A stretch of 32,716 nt of DNA from Candidatus Thorarchaeota archaeon. GTDB lineage: Archaea; Asgardarchaeota; Thorarchaeia; Thorarchaeales; Thorarchaeaceae. The position numbers were made by a program, and so were the translations under genes. The notes below the pieces were generated by a model. It ran no database searches and was not told where the DNA came from. It saw only the letters and a program-made list of their open reading frames with translations. Shown piece by piece: positions 28,141 through 32,716 of the stretch. Every line of letters begins with the position of its first letter. The stretch's first letter is position 1. The stretch lies in NCBI GenBank assembly GCA_003345595.1, contig PRDI01000042.1, forward strand, positions 1 to 32,716, read 5' to 3'.

Positions 28141-28215
28141 TAGTATGATTTAGAGAGGCCTCAGATAACGAATCTTCATATCCCTCCAAGTACAATAGGT
28201 CTTGAGGACTGTGTC

Positions 28216-28743
28216 TTGAGGGAAGGAGAGCCATCGGACAGAATCTATGTCGTCGTGGATTCATCTATGATATCTCGGTGCGAGTGGTGTGGCGTCATGG
28301 AGAGCGAGAGCCGGCGCTTCTGCTCAACTGAGTGTGCGTTTGCAGCTGGCGCACCGGGAATGATCCCAATCCTCATGGTCGGTGCTGTGCTGTCTTCTCT
28401 ACTTATCTTGAATGTAGGCCAACCCACGTACATGAGTACACCTGGCTACCTTAAACTCCTCTCGCTGGTGCTGCCGATACCACTACTTATTATGGCCATT
28501 CAGGGAATCGAGCACAGAAAATCAGTGCCAAGAAACTCAAGGAGAAACGACGCCCCTCTTGATACAGCCCTACTCAGAACTGTGTCTACATCTGTAGCCT
28601 GTCCCAGATGTGACGCCAACATGGACGTGAGGGGCATCGGCAAGGACGGGGTCTATGTGTGTGGCTACTGTGGAGCCACCGGGACAGTCGCTGTCATCGA
28701 CAAGAGTGAACAGAGAAGAAGTGGTAGCGGGGGGTCGATCTGA
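28216..28743 (+). CDS. Zn-finger/Zn-ribbon membrane protein (paralog of 1189-1719)
   Basis: Same Cys pattern; last codons and TGA stop lie inside the repeat. Confidence 0.82.
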   Translation: MREGEPSDRIYVVVDSSMISRCEWCGVMESESRRFCSTECAFAAGAPGMIPILMVGAVLSSLLILNVGQPTYMSTPGYLKLLSLVLPIPLLIMAIQGIEHRKSVPRNSRRNDAPLDTALLRTVSTSVACPRCDANMDVRGIGKDGVYVCGYCGATGTVAVIDKSEQRRSGSGGSI

Positions 28744-28762
28744 ACGACCGATCTCAGGGTCA
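28722..28762 (-). repeat. tRNA-iMet 3' fragment repeat, truncated in anticodon loop
   Basis: tggtagcggggggtcgatctgaacgaccgatctcagggtca. Confidence 0.95.
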
Positions 28763-28788
28763 GAAGATGGGGTACTCTTGGTAAGTTT

Positions 28789-29346
28789 GTGGCAGTTGTC
28801 GCCACAACATATCTGCTTCTGCTGGCTGCTGGGAACACAGAGGGGGCAAGCGGAGCGACATCCACAGGAACGCTGTTCTGTATGTCAGACTCACAGGGCC
28901 CTTCGTTCGACCTCAGCTGGATGCCCGGTTTCATGGATCTGGTTTCTGACACCGAACCCGTCAATCTGACTCTAAGGCTTTCCGTCGGGGTCACGGACCC
29001 AGATGGCGTGGATTCTGTCATTGGGAGTTATAGGAACAGCTCCCAAATAGAATGGACCAATGTGACCATGTCTGAGAATCTCTCGTACAATCAGTCAGGC
29101 ATCTACATAGCGGACGCTCTCAACTATACAACGCCCGCGGGCGGGTTCAATATAGTCTGGCAATATGTCTTCTATGCCAACGATAGCCTTGGCAATTGGA
29201 ACCAGTCCGCAATGGGAAACATGTCAGTGGCCAGACAGGTAGGACCAAGCATTTTCGATAATGTGACTGGAGTTGTTGTCGGTAGTGCGCTCATCCTAGC
29301 AGAGATAGCTGTGGCCGCGCTGTGCTATGTCCGCTACAGAGAATGA
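28789..29346 (+). CDS. Membrane-anchored surface protein with Ig-like domain
   Basis: Hydrophobic N-terminus, VTDPDGVDSV, YANDSLGNWN, C-terminal TM; the 5' end may be clipped. Confidence 0.7.
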   Translation: MAVVATTYLLLLAAGNTEGASGATSTGTLFCMSDSQGPSFDLSWMPGFMDLVSDTEPVNLTLRLSVGVTDPDGVDSVIGSYRNSSQIEWTNVTMSENLSYNQSGIYIADALNYTTPAGGFNIVWQYVFYANDSLGNWNQSAMGNMSVARQVGPSIFDNVTGVVVGSALILAEIAVAALCYVRYRE

Positions 29347-29543
29347 GAATGCCCTACTCACACGTGGTTTCAGGCTTCTCAACGAAGATGGGTTTTCAGA
29401 CTGCAGGCCTTGTTTGATGTCACATCGTCATCTCTCCACTACCGGCACTGCCTGCGTGGTTAGTTCTCGGAAACTAGCCACTCGATCAGAAAAGATACTC
29501 ACAGGCAGAGCCTGCGCTAGTCGTACGATAGGGGTTTTCGTCA

Positions 29544-29569
29544 ATCTCAGGGTCATGAGCCCTGGGGGA
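29544..29569 (-). repeat. Half repeat: anticodon arm only
   Basis: atctcagggtcatgagccctggggga; no T-arm or acceptor part. Confidence 0.8.
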
Positions 29570-29701
29570 CACAATGAGCCACACTAGCGCAGTTATGAGC
29601 GATGCGAACGATGCATGTCTGCGTCAAGGGCATCAACAATGCGTCATCACAGTATTAGGACACAAATTTCATATCATGGAGAGCCGGATATGTACGTAGG
29701 C

Positions 29702-30781
29702 ATGAGGAGTCCGTCGGGCAACAAAAGCTCTCTCATAGAGACTGCGGTGCTACTTTTCGAACAAGGGCAGTATGAACTGGCCGCGGCTGTGTTCCGCCGC
29801 TTGATTGAGCTCGACCCCAAAGATGCAGGAGCTTGGTCCTCCTTAGGAACCCTTCTCCTCCTTCTGGAAAGATACCCAGAGACTGAGGCTGCGTGCCGCC
29901 GCACAGTCGAGCTCAACCCCAGAGACGTAGCAGCATGGTCCAATCTCGGCATCGCGCTTGCCCGTCAGAGCAGAGACCCGGAGGCCGAAGCTGCCTTACG
30001 CCGCGCGATCGAGCTGGACTCCACAAATGAAGCAGCATGGTACAATCTAGGAATTATGCTTGGTGATCAGAACAGACCCTCAGAAGCCGAGGCTGCTCTT
30101 CGTCGTGTGGTCGAGCTCGACCCCAAGAATGCAAAAGCGTGGTTCCGCCTCGGAGCCGAGCTTGCCCGTCTGGGCAGACACCCGGAGTCTGATGCGGCAT
30201 GCCGCCGCGCAATCGAGCTCGATCCCAGGAATACAGACGCTTGGGTCAATTTAGGGACCGCACTTGTTCATCAGAACAGAAACCGAGAGGCTGAGGCTGC
30301 CTTTCGCCGCGCGGTAGAGTTAGACCCCGCAGACGCAAGAGTATGGTACAATCTGGGGACCGCACTTCTCAATCAGAACAGATACTCAGATGCCGAGGCT
30401 GCTCTTCGTCGTGCCATCGAGCTTGACCCCAAGAATACGAGAGCGTCGTCCAATCTCGGGGCCGCCCTTCTCGGCCAGAATAGACTTTCAGAGGCCGAGG
30501 CTGCGTGCCGCCGCGCAATCGAGCTCGATTCCACAGATGAGGGTGCGTGGTTCAATCTCGGCTACGCGCTTGTCCGTGAGGAGAAATGTCCAGAGGCTGA
30601 GGCTGCTCTTCGTCGTGCCATCGAGCTCAAACCCACAGATGCAGCAGCGTGGTTCAATCTCGGTGCCGCGCTTCTCGGTCAGAAAAGGCGCTCAGAGGCC
30701 GAAACTGCCCTGCGCCGTGCGACAGAATTGGATCCCGCCCGGCGTCAGGCAGCCGATTATCTCATGCGCGCAATCAATTAG
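29702..30781 (+). CDS. Tetratricopeptide repeat protein (2 of 2)
   Basis: Same TPR consensus, 1080 bp, tttcatat box at 29667. Confidence 0.93.
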   Translation: MRSPSGNKSSLIETAVLLFEQGQYELAAAVFRRLIELDPKDAGAWSSLGTLLLLLERYPETEAACRRTVELNPRDVAAWSNLGIALARQSRDPEAEAALRRAIELDSTNEAAWYNLGIMLGDQNRPSEAEAALRRVVELDPKNAKAWFRLGAELARLGRHPESDAACRRAIELDPRNTDAWVNLGTALVHQNRNREAEAAFRRAVELDPADARVWYNLGTALLNQNRYSDAEAALRRAIELDPKNTRASSNLGAALLGQNRLSEAEAACRRAIELDSTDEGAWFNLGYALVREEKCPEAEAALRRAIELKPTDAAAWFNLGAALLGQKRRSEAETALRRATELDPARRQAADYLMRAIN

Positions 30782-30807
30782 ACTGTAGAGTCTGTACAGG
30801 AAGGAGA

Positions 30808-30844
30808 TGGTAGCGGGCGGTCGATCTGAACGACCGATCTCAGG
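30808..30844 (-). repeat. tRNA-iMet 3' fragment repeat, truncated at anticodon stem
   Basis: tggtagcgggcggtcgatctgaacgaccgatctcagg. Confidence 0.95.
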
Positions 30845-30967
30845 ATGTTCTAGGCACTTGCCACCTAGGTCTGAGCGTTCATGCGATGAGAGAGCAGGAA
30901 CAGTTCTCTGGTATGAGGGATTCTGTGAATAGCGTGCAGAAGGCACAAGTCCGTGTGAATCGAGTGG

Positions 30968-31705
30968 CTAGTCTTGTTCTGCTTGGGAACGCGTCTTGAA
31001 CTCCTCGAGATTCTCGGGCGGCCAACCCCTAGGAGTCTGATATCCCCTTACGAATCTGAAATCGCACATTGGACTGCCACACGCGCGTGTCTGGGTGCGC
31101 ATGAAGCCAACTCCCAGCGCCCGCATTCTGATGAAGTCTCCTAAACAGGCGTAGGGGGCGGCCTCCTCAGCATGATGTTCTCCTATCAACTTGAGCCAGC
31201 CACACTCCACGAGATTCAGTCCCCAGTCGAACGATTTGCCATCTCCTTCAACGAACTCTCCAACCCAGTCCCCCGGATACTGGCGCCTCTGAGTTTCGGC
31301 CGCCCATCGCTTCCAGCCTTGTTTCATATGACCGGAAAACGCCATCCATCGAAACATCCGCTTCTTTATTCCTGAAAGTGAGTCATAATACGCTTCACCC
31401 ACTTCGTACATCAACTGGGCGAATTCCCTGACTTCCATCCCGACACTCTTGCAGGCTTTGTAGAACGCGAGGGTCTGAGCAGACTGGAGCATCAGCGCCC
31501 AGGAGAGGCTCTTTTTGCCGCCCAAGTAGGGCAGACTCGGAAGAAGTGCTTCAAGTTCCTCCCGCGATCTCCTAGTCAGGTTGCTCAGGGTTTCTTCACT
31601 CAAGTGATTCTGTCCGACCTCGGCTGCCACGAGCACCATTTTCTCAAACTGATCCATTATCTCATTTTTGTATCGAATGTAGTAGTCATGCGAGTCTTCG
31701 CTCAT
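30968..31705 (-). CDS. L-2-amino-thiazoline-4-carboxylic acid hydrolase-like family protein (long form)
   Basis: LPYLGG, YPGDWVGEFVEGDG..FDWG....ECG..K, RTQT.A.G...CDFRF; start 31705 or 31771. Confidence 0.82.
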   Translation of the reverse strand: MSEDSHDYYIRYKNEIMDQFEKMVLVAAEVGQNHLSEETLSNLTRRSREELEALLPSLPYLGGKKSLSWALMLQSAQTLAFYKACKSVGMEVREFAQLMYEVGEAYYDSLSGIKKRMFRWMAFSGHMKQGWKRWAAETQRRQYPGDWVGEFVEGDGKSFDWGLNLVECGWLKLIGEHHAEEAAPYACLGDFIRMRALGVGFMRTQTRACGSPMCDFRFVRGYQTPRGWPPENLEEFKTRSQAEQD

Positions 31706-31802
31706 CCCAGAACCACGAGCGCAATTCCGCGACTGTCTGCTCATAAGGCTGTTGAGAACAGCAACCGTCACTCCTCTTGGGTTTCCCGCCAGATTCCGCT
31801 AC

Positions 31803-31829
31803 GGGGTCGATTTGAACGACCGATCTCAG
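31803..31829 (-). repeat. tRNA-iMet fragment repeat, T-arm core only
   Basis: ggggtcgatttgaacgaccgatctcag. Confidence 0.88.
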
Positions 31830-31913
31830 TAGTCGGCCTTTGACATCATAGAGCTTATTTTCGGAAAGGACAGCATACAGATGGTGCCATATTATGTGTG
31901 AGGCGTGGTGGAT

Positions 31914-32716
31914 ATGTCGAGTTTCATCGTGAAGGGAATGGGGACGCTTCTGCTGTTCGCCCTACTCATCATGTTCCAATTCCTAAGCGGCAATCTGGTC
32001 TCTCAAACCATTCAAACATCGAGCGTTGGACCAGCAGAACTGGAACACCTACATCATAATCCGATATCAATCATGGAGAATCAGGACTTTCTAGCTCAAG
32101 GATGGCCAGGCAACGGAACGATGGACGAACCATATGTATTGGAGAATCTTGAGATAGACTGTGATGAGGGGACTGGCATCTTCGTAGCGAACACCACGGT
32201 CTTCTTCGAAATCAGCAATTGCAGGTTTACTGCAACTGATGCGGGTTGGGCACTTTGGCTTGTTAACACAACAAACTGTGAGGTCAGAAGTTGCATCTCT
32301 GAAAACTGCTATTGGAGCATCTTGAATTCTTCGCAGTGCAGCATAGAGTCAACCAATGTATCGGGTCATGGAAGCTTTGTACTATCGGGGTGCGCCGACT
32401 GCGAGTTTATCGGAAATGCCGTAGTAGGAAGTGGAACCGAGGGAATCTGGCTCATCAGAGCTGCCAACTGCTCAATAAAAGAGAACGAATTCGCAGAAAA
32501 CGGCGTAGGCATAGGTCTACTGGGATCAAATGACACTCTGATTAGTCACAACATTATCCATGATAATGTGTACTACGGAGTTGAGCTCTACTCTTGCGGA
32601 AGCACTCAACTGATTGAGAACACATTCCAGAATGATGGAGTTGTCCTGCACTACTGGGGCTGGGGGTGGGACGGTCATGAAGTTGATGAGCGGGATTTCT
32701 TGAGTTTTGATCACCT
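31914..32716 (+). CDS. NosD/CASH-like beta-helix protein, paralog of 24838-26511, runs off the window end
   Basis: Translated by hand: MSSFIVKGMGTLLLFALL...GWPGNGT...HYWGWGWDGH, open to the end; missing from the ORF track because it has no stop in the window. Confidence 0.88.
   Translation, partial: MSSFIVKGMGTLLLFALLIMFQFLSGNLVSQTIQTSSVGPAELEHLHHNPISIMENQDFLAQGWPGNGTMDEPYVLENLEIDCDEGTGIFVANTTVFFEISNCRFTATDAGWALWLVNTTNCEVRSCISENCYWSILNSSQCSIESTNVSGHGSFVLSGCADCEFIGNAVVGSGTEGIWLIRAANCSIKENEFAENGVGIGLLGSNDTLISHNIIHDNVYYGVELYSCGSTQLIENTFQNDGVVLHYWGWGWDGHEVDERDFLSFDH

Larger units (their letters stand above)
1036..31829 (-). mobile_element. Array of gene cassettes delimited by co-oriented tRNA-iMet 3'-half repeats (putative att sites)
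   Basis: 23 clear and ~3 partial copies read by eye, all in one orientation, almost all intergenic, separating 1-3 gene units. The array is seen directly; mobility is inferred. Confidence 0.85.

Noticed and set aside
31796-31802. ccgctac, an inverted copy of the acceptor-end gtagcgg directly before the last repeat
   Set aside because: Only 7 bp; could be a micro-inversion but cannot be distinguished from chance.
1036-31829. CRISPR array
   Set aside because: Intervals are 0.6-3.2 kb and gene-containing, the repeats are degenerate, and no cas genes are visible.
1036-31829. Canonical integron attC sites
   Set aside because: No paired RYYYAAC/GTTRRRY boxes forming one long hairpin; the repeat instead matches tRNA arms.
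1036-31829. Assembly artefact from collapsed or misjoined repeats
   Set aside because: Each copy and each paralog differs in sequence, and the repeats are far shorter than a read; read mapping would still be a useful confirmation.

Overview
Archaeal accessory region, probably Asgard/Thorarchaeia-like (inferred from TATA-box promoters, an archaeal-type initiator-tRNA fragment and the style of the LRR, NosD and TPR proteins). The dominant structure is not in the ORF track. At least 23 clear copies, plus about 3 partial ones, of a co-oriented ~35-55 bp repeat recur every ~0.6-3.2 kb across the window. The + strand consensus is TGGTAGCGGG(C/G)GGTCGAT(C/T)TGAACGACCGATCTCAGGGTCATGAGCCCTGCGGGAT. On the minus strand this is the 3' half of an archaeal initiator tRNA-Met (anticodon arm with CAT, T-arm, acceptor 3' strand, ACCA). 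Each interval holds 1-3 genes in either orientation: two VapBC toxin-antitoxin pairs, TPR, LRR and NosD-like proteins, MFS transporters, small enzymes and repeated paralogous membrane proteins. Paralogous cassettes align from repeat to repeat. Truncated or interrupted repeats break at the anticodon arm, and repeat-adjacent leader sequences are reused with unrelated cargo genes. The best reading (inference) is an integron-like gene-cassette array built on tRNA-iMet-derived att sites. No integrase and no intact tRNA are visible in this window.
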